Positions 35,501 through 47,374 of a DNA stretch of 64,000 nt are shown piece after piece. Location of the stretch: positions 10,411,732 to 10,475,731 of the forward strand of contig CAJINV010000003.1 in NCBI GenBank assembly GCA_905178155.1. Reading direction: 5' to 3'. The notes under the pieces are model-generated. The model was not told the origin of the DNA. It ran no database searches and saw only the letters and a program-made list of their open reading frames with translations. Positions within the stretch are counted from its first letter, which is position 1; each line of letters starts with the position of its first letter. The translations under genes and the position numbers were made by a program. The stretch comes from Amoebophrya sp. A120. Its lineage: Eukaryota; Protista; Dinoflagellata.

Positions 35501-37273
35501 TGAGGCTCAGACTCAAGCTCGACCTTGTTGATTCATCTAAAACTTAAGCTAAAAACTGACTCAGGAACTGGAGCTGGCGCGTGCATTCTTTTAATCCAGC
35601 AAGGCAATTACTTCTCTACAGTTATGTGTATGGATATCATATAGGTGGATCAAGTCCCGCGCTCGTTGATGATCGTCGCCATTGGCAAGGGACAGCCGTG
35701 CAGGTGTTGCAGTTCAACATAGTGCAAAGGCGCAAAAAATTTTTTGGGTCGTGTTTCCAGATTAGGCTGCGAGTAGGATTAGCCGTCCTCGCCCCCCCCA
35801 GGCTGTTGCGTACGGCGGTAAGGAATCAGAGCGCGAAGATCAGTGCTAGCGAGCAGATAGGCAAGCCCGCGCGCCTGCTGTCAAGCAGCAAGCTTGCGTA
35901 TGGCGGATGGAGAAAGGTGAGCGCAAACTCTGCCAGGCGCGCGGGGCTAGCTTCGCTCCGTGAAGATCGAAAATGTGCGCCGGTTTGCCGGCAGCCGCCG
36001 GAGGAGCGGGAAGCCGATCGGGCGTGGGCCTTCTGCATGTGAGGGGAGTGCGTACGCAGCCCATCCCCAGTGAGGTCTGGGTCTGCGGCATCTACACCCC
36101 GGCAGGAGGTTCGCCGGCGCTTCACCTTCGGGGCTTTGCAAAATGTGCGCCGGTTTGCCGGCGTGCGTCTATGGTTCAGCATGATGTAGCGTGATACTTT
36201 GAGAATGAACACAGGAAGCGCACGGGCACAACGCTCGCGGCCAAAAGTCTGGGACAGGTCGCCGCGCACTCCTGTAAAGATATACAAGCAAGAAGCGAAC
36301 CCCCACAGCGGGAATGTCGTGTCTGTGTGTTTCGGAGGATGTGTTCGGCCTAGTGATGATCTTTATATATCAGCGGGCTGGCTTGGTTTGGCGTGATAAA
36401 GATAAAGACAAAGACAAAGGCTATATCTCGCGCGAAGTTGCACTTGCAGGGCGAATAACCGTACGCGTATAGTATTCATTGACACCCATTACTTTTGCCG
36501 TCCTTGGTTATCTACATCGTTCCAGTCAGATTGTTCTAGTCTATCAACCCATAAACAACCTTGCTGAGGCTTTCCAAGACGCCGGTCAGAACTTCACAGC
36601 GAAACTGCTCAAGATGCAGAAGCGTATTGCTCTTGGCATATGGAATTGGATGAAGTACAGGATTGACACTGCGAGCAAGCGTTTGTGAAGTTGTTTCTGA
36701 TGTTACGGACCACACAGTTTGGTATTCGTTTTGAGATTTCATTTTGTTTGATTTTGTGCTATTCGGAAGTGCGAGAATGAAACTACACAAAAATTCGCAC
36801 GAACAGAGTACTTTTTTGATGCGCTACCGGGTCCAGGCGTTCCGGTGACGTGCGTGTATGGTTCGGGTTTACCCACGCTCGCGAATATGACTTACGGGAA
36901 CGGGTGGGACCAGGAAGGGACCGAGTTCGGCTACGAAAGCGGCGACAGCGTCGTACCGGTACGGTCTTTAATTCGCTGCCACGAGTGGAATGAAATACCG
37001 CGACATCCGTCTGTTGAGCTCGTGGAAGTCCCCCAGGCCTCACACGGCGATACGCTCCGCCGACCAGAAGCGCTCCACGCGTTCAGGGAGATACTTCAGG
37101 CACTTGACAGCTCTGCCGCTGCTCTCCAGGAGCATGATGTAAAAGTACCTGCTGATGTCGTGGACTACAAGGAGCGCGGACCCCGAGGAACAGAACCAGC
37201 AGCAAGAAGCGACATAGAGGGCGCTCACGGGCGAACCGATCATGACGCTGAGGAAGAGTTGTACTACATTTGA
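32581..37273 (+). CDS. LCAT/PLA2G15-family phospholipase/acyltransferase; exons ~32581-33384, 34009-34481, 36559-36623, 36807-37273
   Basis: PILFIGGMGASIIEA, DCFLDNFKL, YDFRKSP, VLVTLSEG (Ser), LSGPFGG, VTCVYG, GDSVVP (Asp), SHGDTL (His). Confidence 0.88.
33546..33695 (+). ncRNA. Candidate structured RNA module, copy C (in LCAT intron 1)
   Basis: Homologous to 20390-20540. Confidence 0.5.
34630..34967. mobile_element. MITE-like foldback with a nested ~42-bp-arm hairpin (34688-34781)
   Basis: Perfect 23-bp IR TTTCATACCTATAAAGTACTAGC; inner IR TATATATCCAAAAAATGGGCCGCATATTT. Confidence 0.8.
35090..35610. repeat. Dispersed relative of the satellite-bearing repeat, with two 135-bp units
   Basis: 35134-35403 matches 2150-2385; the end TTTTAATCCA..GGCAATTA matches 8693-8711. 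Confidence 0.88.
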
Positions 37274-38343
37274 TTAATGATTTTGAGATGCATTACGGAT
37301 GCATTCTTTCCGAGGAACCGGCGCTGGGGCTGGTCTACTTCTGAGTCTTTGGCAATTACCATTGGTAATGGAGCACGGATACAATGTTAAAAGAGAAGAA
37401 GGGCTTCTATAGCGTTTTAATACTAATGCTCAGAATGTACTAACTGTATTGAGATAATTGGATGGCCGTGCGAGCAGCCAAACGGGAAAGAAGCCTCTTT
37501 CTAAGAAACAGTAATAAACTCGGAAACGATGCTTAATTTAAGCATCGTTTCCGAGTTTATATACTGTTTCTTAAGTAGGAGTACGTATAGGTATAGTGTA
37601 CTATAACGACATGCACACGAAGATGAAGAGAGTGTGCGAATTGATGGCTTATATGATGTTAGTGTTGCGTGATGTTGATTGGCATTAATTTGTGTCCTCT
37701 TACTCAACCGAAGTTGCTGTTGGCGCTGCATCAAAAACTGCGACATTCTTTTGCGCACACGGCCAATTGTAGTTCCTTGCTCAACATGGCGGACTTCGTG
37801 GCGATCAATGTGATAAATTGCAATTTTGATTTTCGTGTCTCTCAAGCAGAGCGATTCACTAAATCTTCCAAGTAGCCGTGTTTTTCGATCCGGCGCAGGA
37901 TTATTTGTCTTCGTCGCGGCTTTCGGTTTCGCTGTGTTGAGAAGTGACCGTCGTGCTTGCTATTCGACCGACCCTACTGATGCGATATCGAACCACATGA
38001 AAAGTGGAGTCAAATCATGTGCATGTTATCATTTGCTTGCTCCTCGAAGATTGACCTGAGAGGGTTGCGCGTCGATCGATTTGAGAAATACTCTTGAGTG
38101 TTGCCAGCGCATAGATATATTTCTAAGTGGGTTTCTGTGGGTGCCGCAAGCGTATTCATTCTGTTACGAGCGAAAGCTGCGAGGATGAGGAAGAAAAGTG
38201 AAAGTGATCAAGGTATTGAGTATATGACTGTGCGAATTCTCGCGGCGTGCGCTAAATGCAGTACAAGACGACTACTCATAGTTGCACAGTGAGGTCATTA
38301 CTCATCTTCGAGTAAAAAAAAAAACAAAATAAAGACCACAAGG

Positions 38344-40086
38344 ATGCATCCACGAACTCGTGAGGACCGGCACCTCTTCAAGCACAAGGAAAATGTGGAG
38401 CGTGAGCGCCTGCGCAATCGCACGGGTGGGTACTTCAAGTACGAGGACATTCCTGACGTGATTGCACAGGAAAAATCTTGTCCAGCCCTATCATATAGAA
38501 CAACACACCCAAAGAAATCCTATACGGAAACTGCTCTGCAACTGTAAGCCCAAGCTGCATTTTTTTCCTTCGACGGGAGCAACAGAAACTCAAGCTATCG
38601 AAGAACGTTGGTTCGCTGTAGCATCCCGCGTTTTCATCTGACCACCACATCCTTTTCATAGTACGATTCGCACGTAAAATTGCTGCAAAATGCATTATTT
38701 CGCATAGAATGAGTGTCGATGTCCTTAAGTGCGTCTCTAGATGATTCTAGAGGGACACCAATTTAGAACCAAAACAAGCTGCTTACACGACTATTTTTTC
38801 TGATTTGGGTGTGATTCTGATTTTCTCTTTGAAAGACCTACATTGGTGAAAAGGAGCGGCATGACCGGGCGGTCGCCGAGAAATTTCTGGAGGAACGAAT
38901 GGTCCAGGTAGACCGGCGGAACGACGTGACGGAGCTGCGTTATGAAGTCGTCAGGTGGGAAGTCGCCAAAGTGAAAATAGCATGGGTTCTTGCGGAAGAA
39001 TACGTTTGTCATGAGATAGGCCGCAAGTCGAGGAAAGGTCGCAATGCAGAGAGGCAGATTGTAGGCCAGACGGAGGATCGTCGTTGAGAAAATGTCTGCC
39101 GACTAGTACTAGGAGGACAGAAGTGCACTACACTGTTTTCCGAAACCGTGCGATGTGGACAGATTCACGCTCATTGAAAAGTGTATAGGATTTTGCTCCT
39201 CTTCGCGATCACGCACGGCCTCGAATTTTTTATTTTTACGCAAATGGAATGCAACAGCAGCATGCAGTTGTATTTTATTTTTCAACATTTTGACGATCAC
39301 GATTTACGATTTTCCACCTGCCGCTCCGATATGCAACGCGCACACAATTTGGAGCGGGAGCATGCCCGTTGGGAATATCCAGGAGAAAACTCCCATCCCC
39401 ATCCATTTTCTGCATGGAAAACGCTAGAAGTTATGCACGTTTTGCATGAGAAATTGGATGGGAGAAGTGGGTGTTTTTTTTCCTGGATACGGAAGCGATT
39501 GACCACAAAGACAAAAAGGAATCCGACCGCCAGCGTCGCCTGATCGAGGATCCCCTCATCGGCAAGAAAAACGTTTCCGGTGTCCCCTTCGACATCGTTA
39601 ATCTCGAGTACTTATGTAAATCACCAGAATTCATGTTTCATGAGAATGACAATGAGCAGCTTGTCGAAAAATAGCAGAGCCTTTTGACCACAGACATAAA
39701 GCCATTTTTAGGAGCGTGGTGTGAGGAGACGGAGCATCCGTCAGCGTTGAACTGGACGCTTCGTAAATGTCTCGAATTGACAACAAGAAGTAGATGAAGT
39801 TAATTTTATTTCTCCAAGAGCTTGCCCTTGTCCTTGTGCTTGGAAATGAAATCGAAACCCTTCTAGGTACGAAAACACTTGGGAAGGTCGGAAATTGCGA
39901 CACGATGACGAGATGACGAGATACCGGGGAGACCTGCGAAAAGCCAATCTCGCCTACCGTGGGCACTTGGGTTTTAACCCAATCCTGGGAGAGCAGTCCT
40001 ATCCTTTGCCAAATCCGACCAAACCAGACCCATTCACCGAAGAAAAGCCTGCCGGCTACATTGCGAAAAATTCAGCATTGGGCTAA
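38344..40086 (+). CDS. Small multi-exon coiled-coil-like protein of unknown function, possibly flagellar
   Basis: Exon-like blocks MHPRTREDR..., YIGEKERHDRAVAE...ELR|RSDMQ...RWE|AIDHK...VNLE|YENTWEG...GFNPILGE...*; the first joins are uncertain. Confidence 0.65.
39376..39494 (+). other. 119-nt non-canonical IR/DR intron
   Basis: IR TATCCAGGAGAAAAC/GTTTTTTTTCCTGGATA; flanks GGGAA/CGGAA; join RWE|AIDH; no GT-AG among the sliding positions. Confidence 0.8.
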
Positions 40087-42880
40087 CCGGGCTCGTTTAT
40101 GTTGAGGAGCGTACTTCTATAATATTAATATTTCAGTTTATTATGTGATGAGCTTCTGGACAAATAATATGCTAATCTGTCTCTGCTTGTTCGTGTAATA
40201 AGACTATAGCGAATGTGTGACTCGTCGATATAGATATTGCTATCTGTAGAAGCACCCTCCTCGGTTGCACGCGAACTGTTGTGCATCCCATCTTCAGCCA
40301 GGATTGGAAGTGCGCCCGCGCTTCATTGCACACAGCAATTATGTTTTACTGTTATCCTTCTACCTGATCATCTGTTTCGAGTCAGGAATGAAAACAAAGA
40401 AAAATGCAAACCCATCGCCGTAGCGATGGAACGACGTCGAGGCGAAGCATCGCGAAGATATGTCTCCCCATTCGCATCACAATTCTGTATGCGCGGTTGT
40501 TCAACTTGCAGTCCGAGACGAAAGTAGAAGCTTTTCACGACCAGGACTAATATATAAGTAAGAAAGACAAGGCTGGCAGACCAACGAGGGCATAGTATTT
40601 TTTTTGCAACTAATTTGTCGGAGACTCCTGCCGGGAATATAAAGTAAACAGAAATACTCCCAAGTAGTGCAGCCCAGCGTGATGTAATACTCGAAAAGAA
40701 CGAAAAGACTGCAACTCAACTTCACTCGGCGGCAACAATGTGCTGCTCACTTTCGTCCCAGCAAAGCCAAAGCTTTTCGGCGGCAAAACCTCATGCATTC
40801 AACGAGTAAAAACTGTAACGCACAAGAGCAATGCGCGCCAATTGCAATTGTTGAGTGTGGACGTGCGAGGTAAGGAAGCACCAGCAGGCTGCGACTCGTG
40901 AAGCGGAATAAATCCGGCTAAATAGTCAGAGTCGTGGCGCCTTGCCGATCAATCATTCTTGTTCTTCACGATAAAGAAAATATAGCTACAGGACGACGAC
41001 TATACATGCTACTTCTTAGTGTAGAATATTAACACGAATGTGTAGGAACGAATGCAAGGTCGTACTAGCTAGAGGACACTCCAAGGCGGCAGCGACGAAT
41101 AGAATACATGTAAAAAATCGTCATAGTCTTAAACGCCTCTTGTCTTATAGTGGTGCTGCCGAAACAGAAACAACAACAAGAACACAGTCACTGGAGGTTT
41201 GTGTACTTGTAGCCAGCATCAGAATCAGGACCAGCAGAAGCATTATCACGGATCATCAAGCTCAAAATAAGAAGTTCGCAAATATGTGATACCCATCTCG
41301 TCTAAGGTGGTAAGGTCAAGTTGGAACAAGATCGTGAAGATAGAGATACTTTGACTGTACTCGTATGCACTTTTGGTTTTGGTCCGGATCATTGTAATGC
41401 GACAAAATCCCTCCGGATCAGGTGGTTTCGTACGATCGCCATTTTGCCGATGTAGTGAATCCGAGCCCAGCCTCGGCAGATGGAAGATCGAACGTATGAA
41501 TTGACTAACTAATGTGCAGAGACAGTCGGGCTTGCATTTCTATTGCTATTCAACCACACAATGAAGAACCGAACGCGATCGCGAATCTGAACAATCCAGG
41601 GGTGTGGCACACATTTCGATTCATTTTGTTGTCCTTAGCAAGATTTGCAGGTAGTCAACATTAATTCCAGTTGGACCTTTTCCTTTTCGTTTTCGATTTC
41701 GCTCTTTTTGTTTTTGAAAGAAAAAATATATATAAAGCTACTTCTTCAAAGCCCGATCACTTAGTTGTGCCACGCCAGCTCGCTGTAAGAGTAGGACTCC
41801 ACGCAAGAAAATGACAATGGCATCACATACGACGCGAACGATGAAAGCAAGCCCGTGCAACTCTCTCCCACAACCGGGTGATCTTGGGCTTCTAGTGCGG
41901 TCTCAGGGCAACACGGTGGATCTGATGCGGCTAGAGGTACAAATTTTGACGACTGCGGCATCAGTGGTCGAGCGATCGTGCGGCTTTCATACTGTTTCCA
42001 GAACGACTGCAGCTGCACATCACCCACTTGCGACGAGATTGACAGTATGTCCAGAGCCTGGATTAGCTTACCCCAGCAGACACACTGGGAAACTAAGTAC
42101 ACGAAAAGATGAAGTCGTTGTCGACGCGCTCGTATCAACTGCAAATCTGTCTAGTTCGGGTTAAGTTCTGCACAGTAAATATGTAGTTGATGTTTTGCTG
42201 AGAAAGGTCAAAAAGAGCACCTCACCAAGCCTCGTGTCTCTCAGAAAATTATGTTGATGCGATAGCATCGTATTCGTACTACTTCTATCGTGGATGGTTC
42301 ATCATCCACACATGCAACTTTCCAGGCCCAGACTGCATATTTGCAATTGATAGCGTGGGGGGTGCCTCAAGCGGTATATAAAAGTGCTTCTGTCCGCGGC
42401 CGGTCCGGCGGAGTTGGTGCAGCAACTGGTGCGAGTATCATATTGACAATGCCCCCCCACAAGACCTCCGATCGATCCTCTGTTTGTATTGCAAGAAAGC
42501 TCTCCGCCGCGGTCAATGGAGCATACAATTGAAACGCTCCACCTGGCGCTCGGTCGAGAAGCTAGTGACCCATTTAAAGAGAAAACCGAGTTTGTATGGA
42601 GTGACTGGTGTCGCGACGAAGGCGAGCGTTCTGATCTGGGGGTTTCTTCAACACCTTCACCTAGACAGCAAAGCGGCTCTCATTTTGTATTCGTACTCCG
42701 CCGCAGGTATTGTTTTCTGGCAGCATTTCCTTCGTTCCGATCTGCAAGCAGCCTCGGCCGTGTTTATGTCAGCGCCAAATCGGTCCGCTATTCTAGCGAA
42801 TAGGAATACCACCGACGAAACAAATCAGAGGAGACCGCAAAACAAGTACATAGCGCCCCTTTGACTTTGAGACGCCTTGT

Positions 42881-43580
42881 CCTTTAGATTCTGCTAATTT
42901 TGGGCGCATAAAAAAGGGCTCCGAAAAAGCGCAGACTGCTGGAAGAAAACAAACGCCCCGCATCGGAGGGGCACCATTCTGGCCCCGTTTGAAGACCGCA
43001 AAAGCGGCGCCCCAAGAAGTCGACCATTTGTATCATGTAATGCTGCGAGCTGCGCAAAGCATAGCATGCGCATGTGGCTAAGAGCACAAAAGTAAGGAAT
43101 CAATTAGAACACCAATACCCGCAAGAACCTGACGAATGCTAAGCACTCCGCATGCTATGCAGCCCGATTTCTCGCTTCCAAAGGGACGGCCCAGGTGGGG
43201 CCATAGAATCCGGGGAGGGCAGCTTTTTAGTTCTCTTTCGAACCGGAACCACAAGCGAGCCAAAAGCGAAATGAAAAAGCTTGCGGCTTTTTTATATATT
43301 AATTCTTCGCTTCTTCATCGACCGCCACGCGGGCCGCCGGGAACATCCAGTAAGATGGTATGACGAGCGCAAAAGGGCGGACGTCTACTTTGGCCCGTGA
43401 GGCGCAACGCCGCAAGCGCCGGAACAAAAAAAACACGCTCTGAAATCGTTACCACCTGAGAGGGAAAAGTGGAGGTGGCTTAGCAAAAAAAAGGCGTACA
43501 GCAAGAGCAGGGGGGATTGTTTTTGTTATGCTTATGCCCTTGCTTTCTGATTGTGCTTTACGCGCGCAGAATCTGAAAGG
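42881..43580. mobile_element. Possible IR-bounded insertion
   Basis: CCTTTAGATTCTGC / GCAGAATCTGAAAGG; inner IR GCATAGCATGCG at 43059 and 43149; no clear TSD. Confidence 0.4.
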
Positions 43581-43802
43581 GCTGGGGGCCTGGTTTCTTT
43601 GTTGATGCGTGACCACTTCATCTTGAGGCGGGGCACTTCGTTCAATTTTGGATAGCAAGATGAACAGGCGGTTTCGGCGTCGCAGCTGCAGGACCAAGAT
43701 AAGAATGTTGCGGCTTTCGATTGTTTCGATGGCCTCTCTTGCAACTTTACACTTGACTACGAGCAGACGCAACGCTGCTCCGAACTGGAGCAAATCCCAT
43801 TC

Positions 43803-45710
43803 GTGCCCGGTGTCGGACAGGCATGTCGGCTAACGCAGACTGTTTCCAGATTGCTGGAACTACGAAAGACGCGAAATATAAAACAGCGTCAGCAAGCTTG
43901 TAGTTCTGCTCCTGCCACGATGAAGGCAACAGCTGCGGGATCGTGCCAAGCGGCATCATCTATGTGGACGAGACACTTCGTGATCATCGACTATAAGGAA
44001 TTTGTATGCCTGGCGGAGGATCTGACGACTAGCATCGACGTGCGCGCAGGGCTGCAAACGGCGTTGCCTTTGGACATCGGAAGCGTTACTTTCGAAGACG
44101 ACTCGTTGCCGGTGAGCACCACAATAAGGTTTTGGGACCGTTTTTTCCACAGATGGTCCCGTTCCGGGAAGCCCTGGAGCTTCAGTGCGAGCATTGATCC
44201 GTTTGTGGCGCAGGCCTGTCTCAACCTGCTACTGTTTGTGGATTGGTGCCTGCGGTTCAGTGAGAAGAAAAATGTGCCGGCGCAGTTTCGGCAATGCCTG
44301 GCATCAGACGACTTGGACAATCCTTTAGTTGCACGGGTACGCAACATGTGCATCAAACGTGGAGAAAAGGCTCGTCAAGTAGAGACTTCGCCGTCGCAGC
44401 ACCATCAGCAAAGAAATGCGCAGGGAAAGAGCGCAGCACATGCACAGACGAATGTAAAAGTAGCTGCGGCAGAACACCAGCTTGTCACGGGGATCGCAAC
44501 GGAAGGGATCGGCAGCTCCACATCATCCGCGACATCGCCGACCGCGACCTCCACTGCGGATTCCAACCAGGGGTATGAGAACAATCTCACAGACAGAGCA
44601 AGCTCAGGCACCTCCAAGCGCAGAAAAACCTCACTAGTGTCGTCCGGCGAAAAACAAGGCTCTGACTGCTTACTGCAACAGGCGGATGGACAAGATAGAG
44701 ATACAGATTTGCAGGAGGACGACCTCCAACACGAGGCGCATAATGAGCAGCGTGACAAAAGGGAGCAAGATGTTGAAGACGCTGATGCAGTCGCTGCAAT
44801 GAATGCGATTCGCGAAGGTTTTCGACGCTACGTGGAAAGTCTTGACAAGTATTCCACGAGCGCTAGTATGAATCGTCCATTCCTTGTTTCTGAAGAACGT
44901 GCGCCAGGAGATAGCGAGACGAGCAACGGCACCATTCAGAAAGATCCGCGTCCGCGGCTTCTCGATGCTTGCTGTGGCTCCGGGACTATCACTGCAGTTG
45001 CATCTGCTTCGGGTCGATTTAGCCAAATTATTTCCTGCGACAAAAGCCCGGAATTTCTGGACCGCGCTGCGAAAAATCTGGATTTTGTCGCAGCGGATTC
45101 TTCTCTGCAGCGAAGCGCTCAGTGTGGTGCAGGAGCCACAGCCACCGGTACGACGAGTGCAGGAGCACAATCCGTGCTACTGGCCATGCGCACGAAAGTT
45201 CATTTCGTCGAAAATGATTGGATTGCAGATGCAGAGCATGATGCGGAGAGCGGGGACAAGGAAACCGAAAGGCAAACAAGACAAAATGCGGACGCATCTT
45301 CAATGAACAACGCAACACAACGCGATCAATTGCGAGGAGTCGCATCGACAGGAACGCTGGGTAGAAAGCTTAGGCAAAAGAACGACGTTTTTCTGCCGTC
45401 AAAGCGACTAGGAACGGCAAGTGGTGACGCAGAAAATGGCTTCACGACACAAAGCACACCCCTAGTCGTGATGGCGAATACCCCATGGGGTCGGCGGTTC
45501 GGTGGAGAAGGTGATGCGTGTGGGGTCCTAGAGGGGGTAATTCGGCAATGCGAATCTAATGCGGACCTATTCGGCTTTCTTGTCCCTCCCCGGTCATTGG
45601 AGAGTGCGAAAAAGCTTCTCGACATTCATCTTTGCGTGCCGCTCGGCAAGCCCGCGCTTTTTCTAATCGGAACGGTAAATAAAAAGAGAAAAACCACGAT
45701 GAGTCAATGA
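43803..45710 (+). CDS. Class I SAM-dependent RNA methyltransferase (UPF0020/THUMP-associated type); upstream exons likely from ~41800
   Basis: FSASIDPFVA, LLDACCGSGT (motif I), SCDKSPEFLDRAAKNL, VMANTPWGRR (NPPxG-like). Confidence 0.75.
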   Translation: MPGVGQACRLTQTVSRLLELRKTRNIKQRQQACSSAPATMKATAAGSCQAASSMWTRHFVIIDYKEFVCLAEDLTTSIDVRAGLQTALPLDIGSVTFEDDSLPVSTTIRFWDRFFHRWSRSGKPWSFSASIDPFVAQACLNLLLFVDWCLRFSEKKNVPAQFRQCLASDDLDNPLVARVRNMCIKRGEKARQVETSPSQHHQQRNAQGKSAAHAQTNVKVAAAEHQLVTGIATEGIGSSTSSATSPTATSTADSNQGYENNLTDRASSGTSKRRKTSLVSSGEKQGSDCLLQQADGQDRDTDLQEDDLQHEAHNEQRDKREQDVEDADAVAAMNAIREGFRRYVESLDKYSTSASMNRPFLVSEERAPGDSETSNGTIQKDPRPRLLDACCGSGTITAVASASGRFSQIISCDKSPEFLDRAAKNLDFVAADSSLQRSAQCGAGATATGTTSAGAQSVLLAMRTKVHFVENDWIADAEHDAESGDKETERQTRQNADASSMNNATQRDQLRGVASTGTLGRKLRQKNDVFLPSKRLGTASGDAENGFTTQSTPLVVMANTPWGRRFGGEGDACGVLEGVIRQCESNADLFGFLVPPRSLESAKKLLDIHLCVPLGKPALFLIGTVNKKRKTTMSQ

Positions 45711-47374
45711 ATTGTGAAACGTAGACCGTACCGTTGATGACCTACAATTGGAAAAAAGCCGTCCGCATGGAAGGAAATAAAGAGGCACGGGCACTAGAAA
45801 ACGAAGATTGAATTTAAAATGAATTTGAAAAATGCCAATAGTTGATACGTTCAGGCTAATGCAGCTGCGTAATGCAACATTCTTAATGGGATTAGAAGGA
45901 GGAAGAAGAACCAGACCGGTACGCGTTTGGTTTTTCGTTTTTTGCGTTCTCAATATGTTGTTGAAATGGGAATGGCGGTCACCAAGCTGCAAGTTCATTA
46001 CCGGCAGTGAGGCCATGCTTAATTGGGTACGGTGTGTCGGTCTCAGTCCTCTCGACGCTGCTTGTGCATTCGACCGCACCAGCAGTGGAAAAGCGATTCC
46101 ACCGTGCTCTTCTCCCCACGATTTTGGTACGGGACCGTTGTGCTCTCTCCATGATTTTGAAGATGTGGGGCGTCGATGGCGGTTCGCGCGCAAATTTTTC
46201 GAGAGCACCTGTTTGGCGCCGGCCTCTGCTCTTTCGCATAGATACATATTGATACTTCTCCTCTGGTTTATCAAACGCGTTTCCCCCACCTGTTGGCACT
46301 TCTTTCATGATCATGATCGATAGTGATTAGTTGTCGGTGGTGCGTCTTTTTCCTTTCTTGTTCTACTTCATGATGCAGATGTTTTGTCGTACTTTATGTA
46401 TATAATATTAGATATAATCGGTCCTGCTCTGCAGTCTGCTCGCATAGGAATAGAGTGTTACTGTGCGCTCGTTTCAAGAAGAGCACAGACACATGAAATC
46501 GTCGACCTCTGACACGAACAAGGATCATATAGATTTACATAAATGCTGCAAAACCACAAGACGAGGTTCCTTGCGCCAGAAGATGAGATTGATCAAGATC
46601 AACATGGCCCTGACTCTCATTGCATTTCATGACTTTGCGAATGGGACAGGTATGGATCACATATTCTCGTTCATCTCCACGGCCACCGTCTCAAAGTCTA
46701 AGGCCTTGGGACTCAAAATGAAGAGAATAATTAAGCTCGTAAGTAGATCCTATTTCCCACCTACGATGTTGTGTCGGTGTCTCCTGTCTGTCAAGTAGTA
46801 CTTTAACTTTTATTCGGTCAAAGGCTGTACATTATTTTCGTTGATATTTTGAAGCAACTTTTACTTAGACCCTATAGCTATAGCTATATGCATATGCTCT
46901 TCATCATGTTTCTCATGAATGCCAATTTTTATCAGGTCATGTCTTAGGAAAAAATCTAAACCGTGGAATCCTTCTTGAGTTAGAGTTTAAAAGTTTTCCG
47001 AAAAATTGAAATTCTTGATATTGACCTGAGTGTGTTGGCTACAACGGGCGGCTGTAGTGAGCCCACGTTCTTCAGGATCGGAAGCTTTGTGATGGCAACA
47101 GTTGTACTAGCCATCTGTTTTACTAAGAACAAGACGTGTGTTTTTTCAGCTATCGCTTTCAGAAGTTTTCTGTAAAATTATTAACGAGCGAAATTGTAAA
47201 ATACTTGTACTTGTTCACTTAAGACGCATCAAACGCTGGTCTTTAGATTTGGCATTGTGCAGGATGTAGCCGGCGCTTGTACTATCCTTCCCGCCAGCTG
47301 CAATGGACAGTGCCGGCGATACGTTCCTCCCATTTTTATTGTATGACACCAGTGCTCCCTCGGGCTAAACAAGA

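Larger units (their letters stand above)
34482..36558 (+). other. 2.1-kb non-canonical intron with nested repeats
   Basis: Flanks AAGAA/AACAA; IR CTAGAACAATCT/AGATTGTTCTAG; join gives YTKN|LAEAF in frame. Confidence 0.7.
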
